From IMG/VR virus record IMGVR_UViG_3300021963_000030: DNA of 64,000 nt; one strand, given 5' to 3'. Origin of the DNA: a virus. The translations under genes were made by a program, and so were the position numbers. Below, piece after piece: positions 8,501 through 16,170 of the stretch; the first letter of the stretch is position 1; every line of letters starts with the position of its first letter. The notes beneath the pieces were generated by a model. That model saw nothing but the letters and a program-made list of their open reading frames with translations. It made no database searches and had not been told where the DNA came from.

Positions 8501-10248
8501 GTGTAACATCTTCATATGTTATTACATCACAAACCGCAAGTTATTATGGCGGCAATGTAATCAGTTCCAGTTACAGTTTAAGTAGTTCGTATGCACCAAC
8601 AAATACAAATATCACTGCAAGTTGGTCGAGTAATGCAATATCATCTAGTTATGCTTTAACTGCTTCATATGTGTCGGGTGGTGGAGGCGGTCACAATGTA
8701 GTATTGGTCACAGGCAGTATAGCGACTCAGACAATACTGTATGATGTTGTTACTGGTCAAGAAAATATTATAACAGGTATTGATTTATCATTAAATAAGT
8801 GGAGTGTTTCTGTTCTGGAAGAGTGGGAATATACAACTGGTGATCCATATTATGCAAGTTGTAGTTTACTATTGCATTGCAATGGCACCAATAACTCAAC
8901 TACATTCTCAGATAGTGGGCCAAATAATTTAACCGTTACTTCGGTTGGGGGAACAAAAATAGCATCAGCTATTTATAAGTTTGGTAGTGGAAGTGCTTTT
9001 TTTGATGGAGTTAATGATTATATTTCCGTTCAAGACAACGCTGGTCTTAATTTTGGATCTGGTGATTTTACAATCGAATACTGGGAATATAGAACTTCGA
9101 CAGCAACTCAAAGTCCAATATTAAGTAGAAATACTGCAGTATATACCCCATATATGGTTGGATGGCGTGATTCTGCGGTAGGCCCTAATCTTGCATTGTA
9201 TATGAGTTCTACTGGAACTAATTGGAATGTCGCTTCAAATGTAAGTATGGGAAGTGTTGTATTTAATGCTTGGACTCATTATGCTGTTACACGACAAGGT
9301 AATACATTTAGAACTTTTCAAAACGGCACACTAATTTCTACATTTACATCGGCAGCTTCATTTCCAGCTGTATCTGGTCCGTTGCAGATAGGTAGATATG
9401 ATACCGTGTATTATTTTAAAGGTGGATATCTCGATGAACTTAGAATTCTAAAAGGTGTTGCTAGATATACAGGTAGTTTCACGCCTCCAACAGCAGAATT
9501 TGAGAATATCGCATACACGCAAAATTTGACAAACTACATGGCCACAGTCGGAGGACTAAATGATACTGGGTCAGATTATGGTGTTCAAAAAATAAACAAC
9601 AGTTCTCTTAAGATTAGAAAGATGTCGAACACCAGTCAGCCTGTGTCAGGTTCTCAACCACTTAGTAACACTGTTGATAGAGTTTATGTTAATGTATTGG
9701 ATTACACAAATGTAACATCCGCTTCTAATTCTACAAGTGCTTCTTATGCTTTGACATCAAGTTATTATGGCGGATCTGTTGAGACTGCTAGTTTTGCTTC
9801 TAACTCTGTTAGTAGTTCTTATGCTCTGACCTCTTCATATACACCGATTTATTTACTTGAAGCCTATGCTAGTGAGACTTATACTTTACCAGGTAGTTTT
9901 ACCGAAGATCCTTGTAGATACAGTTATATAAGCAATACAGTCAATGTATCAAGCAGTTGGTTCAACACAAGCACATATACATTCACACCACAAAAAGCAG
10001 GCTACTGGGAAATCACTGCCACTTATGATGTTTATAGAAATGCTGAGGCAAGTATGGTAATTAAGAAAAATACCAACATTGTAGCTTCAGCAGGATCTTT
10101 TAATTCGGTAGCTCAACAAATAACAAAAATTGTCTATCTGAATGGTTCAACTGATTATATAAAAATTTTCAATTATGGCGGAGCAGCACTTTCAAGATCA
10201 CAATATGACGCAAGGTCTTGGTTCCAAGCAAGATGGGTAGGCGAATAA
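5557..10248 (+). CDS. Large tail/head fibre protein with three LamG (concanavalin-A-like) lectin modules, S/T-rich SASYA linkers and a C1q-like C-terminus
   Basis: Three copies of SLLLHCNGT...FGSGS.FFDGVNDY...GDFT.E.W...W.H.A.VR...GY.DE.RI.KGVARYTGSF; many S(A/S)SYA.TASY repeats. Confidence 0.75.
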   Translation: MPNNIIITPGNREISFQDGSNPARKLTITGSNLSYESTISASNFYTHNSSGRFYGSASYAATASYAAIYYSGSVVSSSYAVTASYALNGGGGGTNLVTGSTYPITSSYSINAISASYIPTSANITASLAEDSISSSYAETAKSASYALTASYALNGGGGGHNVVLVTGSIATQTILYDVVTGQENVISSVGGAIDLSLNKWSVSVLEEWDDVSGDPYYASCSLLLHCNGTDNSISFSDSGPNSLTVTSNGGAKIVSAINKFGSGSGFFDGVNDYLSVPNSVGFNFGTGDFTIECWIRSSDVSAARQRGFFQTSTSPIGLATYFNTGIAIIQGANASGGPLNGGLCANVAGVNVGSNAASITANTWHHIALVRLSGTSSLYVDGTSIASVITPGNCSGTYAAVGGYYNTSFLHSGYIDELRILKGVARYTGSFTPPTTEFENIAYTQYTTNYIATVGGLNDTGSDYGVQKINNSSLKIRKMSNTSQPVSGSQALSNTVDRVYVNVLDYTNVTSASNSTSASYALTSSYAGLSQTASYVNLARSASYVSLAKSASYVNLARSASYYSGNVATASYSPSSGNSISASYALTASYALNGGGGGHNVVLVTGSIATQTILYDVVTGQENTITGIDLSLNKWSVSVLEEWEYTTGDPYYASCSLLLHCNGTNNSTTFSDSGPYNLTVTSVGGAKIASAINKFGSGSGFFDGVNDYLSIPDHPGFNFGSGDFTVECWLYPTAHPAVVYLFGQTNASDVAPFVIALSNGRPSIAASTNGSTWIVNATLATPLTLNAWTHLAAVRYGNKWSVYVNGVENVVAPSTSGTLYDSVNGLGIGADGPGAGVVSYYYKGYIDEFRVLKGVARYTGSFTPPTSEFDNIAYTQTLTNYVATVGGLNDTGSDYGVQKINNSSLKIRKMSDTSQPVSGSQPLSSTVDRVYVNVLDYTNVTSASNSTSASYALTASYASNAGSFLTTGSTYPITASWSNNSVTSSYVITSQTASYYGGNVISSSYSLSSSYAPTNTNITASWSSNAISSSYALTASYVSGGGGGHNVVLVTGSIATQTILYDVVTGQENIITGIDLSLNKWSVSVLEEWEYTTGDPYYASCSLLLHCNGTNNSTTFSDSGPNNLTVTSVGGTKIASAIYKFGSGSAFFDGVNDYISVQDNAGLNFGSGDFTIEYWEYRTSTATQSPILSRNTAVYTPYMVGWRDSAVGPNLALYMSSTGTNWNVASNVSMGSVVFNAWTHYAVTRQGNTFRTFQNGTLISTFTSAASFPAVSGPLQIGRYDTVYYFKGGYLDELRILKGVARYTGSFTPPTAEFENIAYTQNLTNYMATVGGLNDTGSDYGVQKINNSSLKIRKMSNTSQPVSGSQPLSNTVDRVYVNVLDYTNVTSASNSTSASYALTSSYYGGSVETASFASNSVSSSYALTSSYTPIYLLEAYASETYTLPGSFTEDPCRYSYISNTVNVSSSWFNTSTYTFTPQKAGYWEITATYDVYRNAEASMVIKKNTNIVASAGSFNSVAQQITKIVYLNGSTDYIKIFNYGGAALSRSQYDARSWFQARWVGE
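5983..9760 (+). repeat. Three long intragenic direct repeats of about 1.1 kb (approx. 5983-7130, 7300-8420, 8647-9760)
   Basis: 44-nt identical block agtgcaagttatgctttaactgcttcgtatgctttgaacggtgg at 5983 and 7300; flanks are near-identical while LamG cores diverge. Confidence 0.9.
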
Positions 10249-10274
10249 TTATTTTAAGGTTCCGACAAAACATC

Positions 10275-11444
10275 ATGATACGATTCAAAGACATCATTTC
10301 TGAACTTAGACGCAATCCAGAGTTAAATCCCAAAATTGCCGCATTGGATGCGTTGAGTAAGTATAAGGATGATCCTTCTTATTTTATCACGTTCACCACC
10401 ATTGAAAAAGTTGGGCTAAACCCAAGAAGTCCATTTTCTACACCTGTTGGTTTGTATGCGTATAAACTCAAGGATGTGTATGGTGAATTAGAGAGTAAGA
10501 ATTATTTGTTTGGTGTAGACCGTCCATTTGTCAACGTCATACAATTGACCACAGATCGTGTATTAGATTTGGAAAATTACAACAACAAAAGTTCTGACTT
10601 ACAAAAACTACGAAAGATCTATGAGAGTGAAACTGGTAAGTCATTTGATGATGTGTTGAAAGAGTTTGACAGTAATAATCATTTGTTGTATCCAGTTGAT
10701 ACTGATGGTAAGTATGTGTATGGTTTGATGAATTTTATATCAAACGGAGTTGAGGGTAGAACTGGACCAGTAAAGAAGTCAATGGTCTATTTCAACAAGT
10801 TGCTTAGAAAAATGGGTTATGATGTGGTAATTGATCGAACTGGAACGGTTCATTTATTACAACCATCTCAGGCTGTTTTCTTGGTTCCCTCGTCGTATAA
10901 ATTTGTCGAGAAGATTATCAATAAGTCTTATTCTGGAAACGAGCCTGTATCAGCAAACACTTACTGGCACGTTGGTGTTAACCCCACAGTTGACAATGTT
11001 ATCTTAAAACGTGAAGGAGATACTTACAAAGTATTATTGATCAAACGTAAGAACAAAGTGGAATTCGGTAAGTGGGCATTGCCTGGCGGGTTTATTGATA
11101 CAAATGCTAAAAAAGGTGAGCCTTGGCAGCCTGGTAGAGAAACTCCAAGACAAGCTGCTATCAGAGAGTTGCACGAAGAAACTGGATTATACATTGAGTC
11201 TATTTCAAATTTGTTGAAACAGATTGGTGTGTATGAAGGTAATCATCGTGACCCAAGAGATACAAAAACTTCATGGTCAAAGTCTCATGCATTTGGTCTT
11301 GTATTGCCAGATGGGTTTAATACAAGTTCCGTAAAAGCAAGAGATGATGCTTCCGATGCACAGTGGTTTGATATAAAAGCACTTCCTACACTAGCATTTG
11401 ACCATTCCACAATTATTGGAGACGCACTACCTAAATTGATATAG
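10275..11444 (+). CDS. Fusion: N-terminal putative ADP-ribosyltransferase-fold domain plus C-terminal Nudix hydrolase (ADP-ribose pyrophosphatase type)
   Basis: Start moved to ATG 10275 (MIRFKDIISE). Nudix box WALPGGF...ETPRQAAIRELHEETGL, RDPR, DDASDAQWF, LAFDH as in NadM/NrtR-type Nudix domains. The N-domain call is weaker (TPVGLYAY; MGYDVVID...QPSQAVF). Confidence 0.75.
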   Translation: MIRFKDIISELRRNPELNPKIAALDALSKYKDDPSYFITFTTIEKVGLNPRSPFSTPVGLYAYKLKDVYGELESKNYLFGVDRPFVNVIQLTTDRVLDLENYNNKSSDLQKLRKIYESETGKSFDDVLKEFDSNNHLLYPVDTDGKYVYGLMNFISNGVEGRTGPVKKSMVYFNKLLRKMGYDVVIDRTGTVHLLQPSQAVFLVPSSYKFVEKIINKSYSGNEPVSANTYWHVGVNPTVDNVILKREGDTYKVLLIKRKNKVEFGKWALPGGFIDTNAKKGEPWQPGRETPRQAAIRELHEETGLYIESISNLLKQIGVYEGNHRDPRDTKTSWSKSHAFGLVLPDGFNTSSVKARDDASDAQWFDIKALPTLAFDHSTIIGDALPKLI

Positions 11445-11452
11445 TATTTATA
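11445..11452 (+). promoter_or_regulatory. TATTTAT late-promoter-like motif
   Basis: tatttat, then 5 nt, then ATG(11457). Confidence 0.45.
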
Positions 11453-11456
11453 ACAT

Positions 11457-12392
11457 ATGGCAACTACTCCTACACCCACTGATATAGCTAATGCTCAGAC
11501 TAATTTGAACAACATGATTACGTTCAATACTCAGTTTTACTCTTATGGTAATTCTAAGATATTGAATGCTTATGCCTTATTACAACAAACAGACAATTCA
11601 GATCTAGGTCTACAAATTGGTCTAGATTTACTTACAAGTGCAATGGCTGCTTTGGGTGGTTGTGCTGGATTTGGAGGAGCATTAGCTGGTAACTTTGTTG
11701 CTGCTATGGTGGCTCAATATGCTACGGTAACACCACCATGTTTGGCTGGAGAATTTGCTGATCTTATTAGTAGATTTGAACAAACGTCATTACAATGTGG
11801 TAGTGACCTACAAGAACTATATGCTAATACTTCTGGATCGTGGAACAATACTTATAGTGGTCAATTGATTACTCCATTTGGAACAACAACTATATCGGGA
11901 TCAGTATCAGACTTAGCTACTCCAAATTTGTTTCCAAGTCAAGATGATCCACTGTTTAATGACTTGCTTGAAACTGCTACATATGCTTTGGATCAATCTA
12001 TTTGGTCAGTATTGTTACCAAGATTTTGTATTACATCATACCAACCTTCTACTGAGTATCCATCTTCTCAGTATACAGAACAAGATATGGAGAATAATGC
12101 TACAGCATTCTATTCAGCACATCCAGCTTATTACAATACTTGGGTATATGAATCCGCTAATAAATCTAAGAATGATGCTTATTGGTTGACTCAAAGTAAT
12201 TTAGGAACTGGTTATTCAATGACAAGTGATGGTAGTTTGAATAGTCAAGCTTGTGATTATTTATTTATCGATGCTTATGATGGTGTGATTATAAATCCAG
12301 CTGGGTTATTTAATAGAGAGTTTGTGTTTACCAGTATGAATATTCCTCAAAAGACTCATACATTTCCATCACCAACTCCACCTCCACCATGA
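11457..12392 (+). CDS. Hypothetical acidic protein with Gly/Ala-rich hydrophobic hairpin
   Basis: Very few Lys/Arg; segment GLDLLTSAMAALGGCAGFGGALAGNFVAAMVAQY; Pro-rich termini. Confidence 0.45.
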   Translation: MATTPTPTDIANAQTNLNNMITFNTQFYSYGNSKILNAYALLQQTDNSDLGLQIGLDLLTSAMAALGGCAGFGGALAGNFVAAMVAQYATVTPPCLAGEFADLISRFEQTSLQCGSDLQELYANTSGSWNNTYSGQLITPFGTTTISGSVSDLATPNLFPSQDDPLFNDLLETATYALDQSIWSVLLPRFCITSYQPSTEYPSSQYTEQDMENNATAFYSAHPAYYNTWVYESANKSKNDAYWLTQSNLGTGYSMTSDGSLNSQACDYLFIDAYDGVIINPAGLFNREFVFTSMNIPQKTHTFPSPTPPPP

Positions 12393-12395
12393 TTT

Positions 12396-13196
12396 ATGAA
12401 CTTACTTGAATTACTAAAAAAACACAGATTGATAGAAGGTGTAGATGATCCGTCTACACTCAAATGTATATTCATGGCTGGTGGGCCTGGTAGTGGCAAA
12501 AGCACCGTGGCAAGAGAATTGTTCGATTTACCAGATGATTCGTCTGTTAACCAGTATGGTTTGAAGGTTATCAATAGTGACAATGAGTTTGAACAGATGC
12601 TTCATCAAATGAAGATTTCTACAGACTTGAGTAAGTTGAGTCCTGAGGAGTTTGAACGATTGACGGTTGGTCCACAATCTACTAGAGAAAAAGCAAAGAG
12701 AATAACCAGAAAGAAATTGGACATGTATAGAAGGGCCAAGTTGGGTCTCATCATAGATGGAACTGGTGATAGTATACAATCTATTCAGTTGAAGAAACGT
12801 GTTATGGAACAACACGGATATGATTGTTATATGGTATTTGTTAATACTAGTTTGCAAGTTGCAATGGAACGAAATGCGAAAAGAGATCGTAAGATACCTG
12901 AGGATTTATTGACACAGATGTGGTTTAGTTGTCAAAACAATTTGGGTCATTTTCAAAATATCTTTGGAAACAATTTTAAGATTGTTGATCGAACAAAGAG
13001 TGGAGAACCAATTGATAAAAGTGTGTTAAGGAGTGTAATTAATTTCTTGAAAAGTCCAATCAGAAACCCAATTGGTAGACGTTGGATTCAAAACTATTAT
13101 ACTGATGTCAAGAGGGTTGATGGTGCTACTCGGTCTGATGACGATTCTGATATTGAGCCACCTTCTATTGAACCGATGCGTCCTAGAAGAGTATGA
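12396..13196 (+). CDS. P-loop kinase (zeta-toxin / polynucleotide-kinase-like)
   Basis: Walker A MAGGPGSGKS, INSD, LIIDGTG, lid motif AMERNAKRDRKIPE; N-terminus MNLLELLKKHRLIE. Confidence 0.75.
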   Translation: MNLLELLKKHRLIEGVDDPSTLKCIFMAGGPGSGKSTVARELFDLPDDSSVNQYGLKVINSDNEFEQMLHQMKISTDLSKLSPEEFERLTVGPQSTREKAKRITRKKLDMYRRAKLGLIIDGTGDSIQSIQLKKRVMEQHGYDCYMVFVNTSLQVAMERNAKRDRKIPEDLLTQMWFSCQNNLGHFQNIFGNNFKIVDRTKSGEPIDKSVLRSVINFLKSPIRNPIGRRWIQNYYTDVKRVDGATRSDDDSDIEPPSIEPMRPRRV

Positions 13197-13459
13197 TGCC
13201 CTATAAAGAAACTAGTCTTGGACAGAATCAATATATTCGTGAATTTGATTCGAATGTAAATAGTCACGAACTAGAGTGGCATTTAGACAGAGAAGATCGT
13301 TTAATTGAGGTTGTGGAGAACAATGGAGGATGGGAGGTTCAATTAGATAATAATCTTCCTTGTTTGCTTGACAAATCAATATTTATACCTAAAGAAACGT
13401 ATCACAGAGTCATCAAGGGCTCTGGAAAACTTATAGTCAAGATTACAAAAAATGTATGA
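13193..13459 (+). CDS. Small cupin-fold protein
   Basis: LEWHLDREDR...GWEVQLD...IFIPKETYHRVIKGSGKLIVKI matches cupin motifs 1 and 2. Confidence 0.6.
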   Translation: MMPYKETSLGQNQYIREFDSNVNSHELEWHLDREDRLIEVVENNGGWEVQLDNNLPCLLDKSIFIPKETYHRVIKGSGKLIVKITKNV

Positions 13460-13590
13460 ATGAAAAGGTCCAAAATACTCTTCAGAAGATTCTTAAAGCC
13501 AAGAAGTTGAAAGAAGAGTCAATTAAAAAACAACAACAAAAAAAGGTTGTTGTGTCAGACTATAGGTTGCTAGCACAATCATTTCTATGA
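13456..13590 (+). CDS. Small basic hypothetical protein (44 aa)
   Basis: Not in the ORF track: MNEKVQNTLQKILKAKKLKEESIKKQQQKKVVVSDYRLLAQSFL; ATGA overlaps with both neighbours. Confidence 0.55.
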   Translation: MNEKVQNTLQKILKAKKLKEESIKKQQQKKVVVSDYRLLAQSFL

Positions 13591-14315
13591 TCAAAAAACT
13601 AAGAGTATTTGATTTTGATGATACACTTTTTCATACATCTGGTAAAGTAATACTTACAAAAGGTGATGGAAAGGTGATCAGAATGTCAGCAGCTGAGTAT
13701 GCTGTGTATCCCCCACAACCGGGTGACAAGTTTGATTATTCTGAATTTCAAGCAGTTGTAGATCCCGTTGTTATTAGGTCTGTGGCAAAACGTTTCTATA
13801 AGATTGTGACTGCCGGTAATCAAGGTCGATTAACGGTAATATTAACTGCTCGTGGACCATCAAGTATTCCTCATATACAAGAAGTTTTACAAAAATACTT
13901 TAGGGTTGATATTCCAGTAATAGCTGTTGGAACTAGTGATCCTATGGCTAAAGCTAATTGGATTAAGGATAAAGTTGAAAACGAAGGATACAATGATGTG
14001 TTCTTTATCGATGATAGTCCCAAGAATATTAAAGCAGTTTATACTACAATTAAAAATCTTCCGATTAAGTATAAAATTGTTGATTTGAGTGGTCCTAGAA
14101 AACTTGAGGGCAATAATTTGACTGTTGGTGACGCAGATGTGTTATCTGAATCGTCCAGTGGTGAAATAAACAATGAATTTTCTGGTGATATTCTTGACAA
14201 TGTTAGGGTTCAATTGAATCAAGACGGTGATATTAGTTTGGTTGAATTGAGATTTAAAAATAGTTATAAATCCCTAATAATTGAAGGTGATTATTTGACC
14301 ATGACAATAGAGTAG
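13587..14315 (+). CDS. HAD-superfamily phosphatase (RNA-repair-type HAD)
   Basis: Motif I FDFDDTL, motif II ILTAR, motif III K (PMAKANW), motif IV FIDDSPKN. Confidence 0.75.
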   Translation: MIKKLRVFDFDDTLFHTSGKVILTKGDGKVIRMSAAEYAVYPPQPGDKFDYSEFQAVVDPVVIRSVAKRFYKIVTAGNQGRLTVILTARGPSSIPHIQEVLQKYFRVDIPVIAVGTSDPMAKANWIKDKVENEGYNDVFFIDDSPKNIKAVYTTIKNLPIKYKIVDLSGPRKLEGNNLTVGDADVLSESSSGEINNEFSGDILDNVRVQLNQDGDISLVELRFKNSYKSLIIEGDYLTMTIE

Positions 14316-14343
14316 ATTTTAGCACTAATATCGAATCACTCGA

Positions 14344-14351
14344 TATTTATA
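14344..14351 (+). promoter_or_regulatory. TATTTAT late-promoter-like motif
   Basis: tatttat, then 5 nt, then ATG(14356). Confidence 0.45.
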
Positions 14352-14355
14352 TTTA

Positions 14356-15591
14356 ATGAGTGCTAATTTAGACCAAGATAGAGTAAGGTGGCCTGGTTCA
14401 GGCAGTGCGGTCAATACTGCAAGTGTTCCATTTGGTTATTATCTAGACGAACAAAATTGTTCTGTCAGCGAAACGACCTTTGAGAATGACTGTAGTAGTA
14501 GCGCAATGTGGGCTGCCAAACGATTAGGTTATCCGATTGTTGATATTGAAATGATCGATGCCAACTTCTATGCATGTTTTGAAGAAGCAGTATTGGAGTA
14601 TAATCGTGTAATCAACGAATTTAACATCGTTAACAACTTGGTCAACGTTCAAGGATTGCCACAAGATCAATTTCCAAACTTGACTGGTATGAGTGTCAAG
14701 GGTAGTGGTTTGCCATTTGTTGTTCAATTGAGTAAACAATATGGTAGTGAAGCATTGGTTGGTGGCGAAGTTGAATTGAAACGTGCTTCTTTCTTGGCAA
14801 CTGGATCTGCAAGTTTTGGTGGTCCACAAGATAGTCATCAAGTCTTTGATTTGAATGTAATAATTGGCGATCAGATTGAACATTTGACTGGATCACGAAT
14901 TGAAGTTCGCAGAGTATTTCACCATCGTCCACCAGCAGTCGCTCGTATTTATGACCCATTCAGTATGACTGGTATGAGTTATAGTAACGTTCTAAGCGAA
15001 ATGGGGTTCAGTGCGTATAGTCCGGCAACTCAGTTCTTGATGACTCCAATTTTTGAAGATTTGGAACGTATACAAGCAATTGAATTCAACGACATGGTTC
15101 GTAAGAGTGCTTATGGTTTTCAAATCACCGGTGATAACATGTTGAGAATTTTCCCAATTCCAACACATGATTTTCGAGTTTATATCGATTATTATATTGA
15201 GAGTGATAAAAATATAACAAACTTTTTTAGTGGATCAAACTATGAATACATCAGTGATCCAAGCGATGTCCCATATGAATATTGTCAATATTGTAAAATT
15301 AATCAAGCAGGTAAACAGTGGATTAAAAAGTATTTCTTGGCTCTCTGTAAGGAAACACTTGGTCGTATTCTTCAAAAGTATAGCACTGTTCCAATTCCAG
15401 GTGGCGAAGTTACCTTGGACGGTGCTGAGTTACGTGCTGAAGCTAAGGAAGAAATAAGCAATCTTCTTGAGAAATTGAGAGATATGTTGGATAAGTCTCT
15501 GAGAGTAAATCAACTTGAAAGTAAAGACAAGGAATCCGAAGCAATGAGTAAAATGTTAGGAAGGGTTCCAGTTCACATTTATATAGGATAA
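14356..15591 (+). CDS. Neck/head-completion protein (T4 gp13-like)
   Basis: KRLGYPIVDIEM at the N-terminus; WIKKYFLALCKETLGRIL.KY..VPIPGGEVTLDG.ELR.EAKEEI at the C-terminus; first of three neck genes. Confidence 0.65.
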   Translation: MSANLDQDRVRWPGSGSAVNTASVPFGYYLDEQNCSVSETTFENDCSSSAMWAAKRLGYPIVDIEMIDANFYACFEEAVLEYNRVINEFNIVNNLVNVQGLPQDQFPNLTGMSVKGSGLPFVVQLSKQYGSEALVGGEVELKRASFLATGSASFGGPQDSHQVFDLNVIIGDQIEHLTGSRIEVRRVFHHRPPAVARIYDPFSMTGMSYSNVLSEMGFSAYSPATQFLMTPIFEDLERIQAIEFNDMVRKSAYGFQITGDNMLRIFPIPTHDFRVYIDYYIESDKNITNFFSGSNYEYISDPSDVPYEYCQYCKINQAGKQWIKKYFLALCKETLGRILQKYSTVPIPGGEVTLDGAELRAEAKEEISNLLEKLRDMLDKSLRVNQLESKDKESEAMSKMLGRVPVHIYIG

Positions 15592-15594
15592 TCT

Positions 15595-16167
15595 ATGGCA
15601 GCACCAGTAACACCACAGTGGCCACAGCAAAATCCCGCTTTTCCTCAATACTGGACGAACGGTCGTAAAGATATTGGTATATACGGCACAAACTATTTGC
15701 CTGGTAGATATTTTAGCAGTCGTGACATGAACTTACTTGGTTCTGTCAATGCTGAATTGGTTGGTGATATTATTGAATGTGTTGTTCAATTGTTTAAGGT
15801 CGCAGTTACCGAGACAAAGGTCAACATTTATGGTGAGTCTTCATCCGAAACGGGCAAGGCGTTTTATCCGGGTATTAATATGACCGCTTTGATTCAACGT
15901 GAAGACATTACTGGAGACGACAATCAAGGATTTGGACCAGATCGCAATCAAAGTGTAGTATATAAGTTTCGTGAACGTGATTGTATCATCACTGGTTTCT
16001 TTCCAGAAATTGGTGATATCGTATTATACAATGAACGTTTCTATGAAGTTGACAATGTAATTCAAGAACAATTTTTAGGTGGTCATCCAGATAAGTCTTG
16101 GAGCTTTATCTGCAATACACACTACAGCAGACTTAGTAAGTTGAATGTAGTAGAAAGACAAACATAA
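15595..16167 (+). CDS. Neck / head-closure protein (T4 gp14-like)
   Basis: T..NIYGES, FPEIGDIVLYNERFYEV; synteny between gp13-like and gp15-like genes. Confidence 0.6.
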   Translation: MAAPVTPQWPQQNPAFPQYWTNGRKDIGIYGTNYLPGRYFSSRDMNLLGSVNAELVGDIIECVVQLFKVAVTETKVNIYGESSSETGKAFYPGINMTALIQREDITGDDNQGFGPDRNQSVVYKFRERDCIITGFFPEIGDIVLYNERFYEVDNVIQEQFLGGHPDKSWSFICNTHYSRLSKLNVVERQT

Positions 16168-16170
16168 TTT

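Noticed and set aside
5557-10248. Diversity-generating retroelement acting on the fibre repeats
   Set aside because: No reverse transcriptase here; all three copies are in-frame coding, and the differences are whole-domain rather than adenine-specific.
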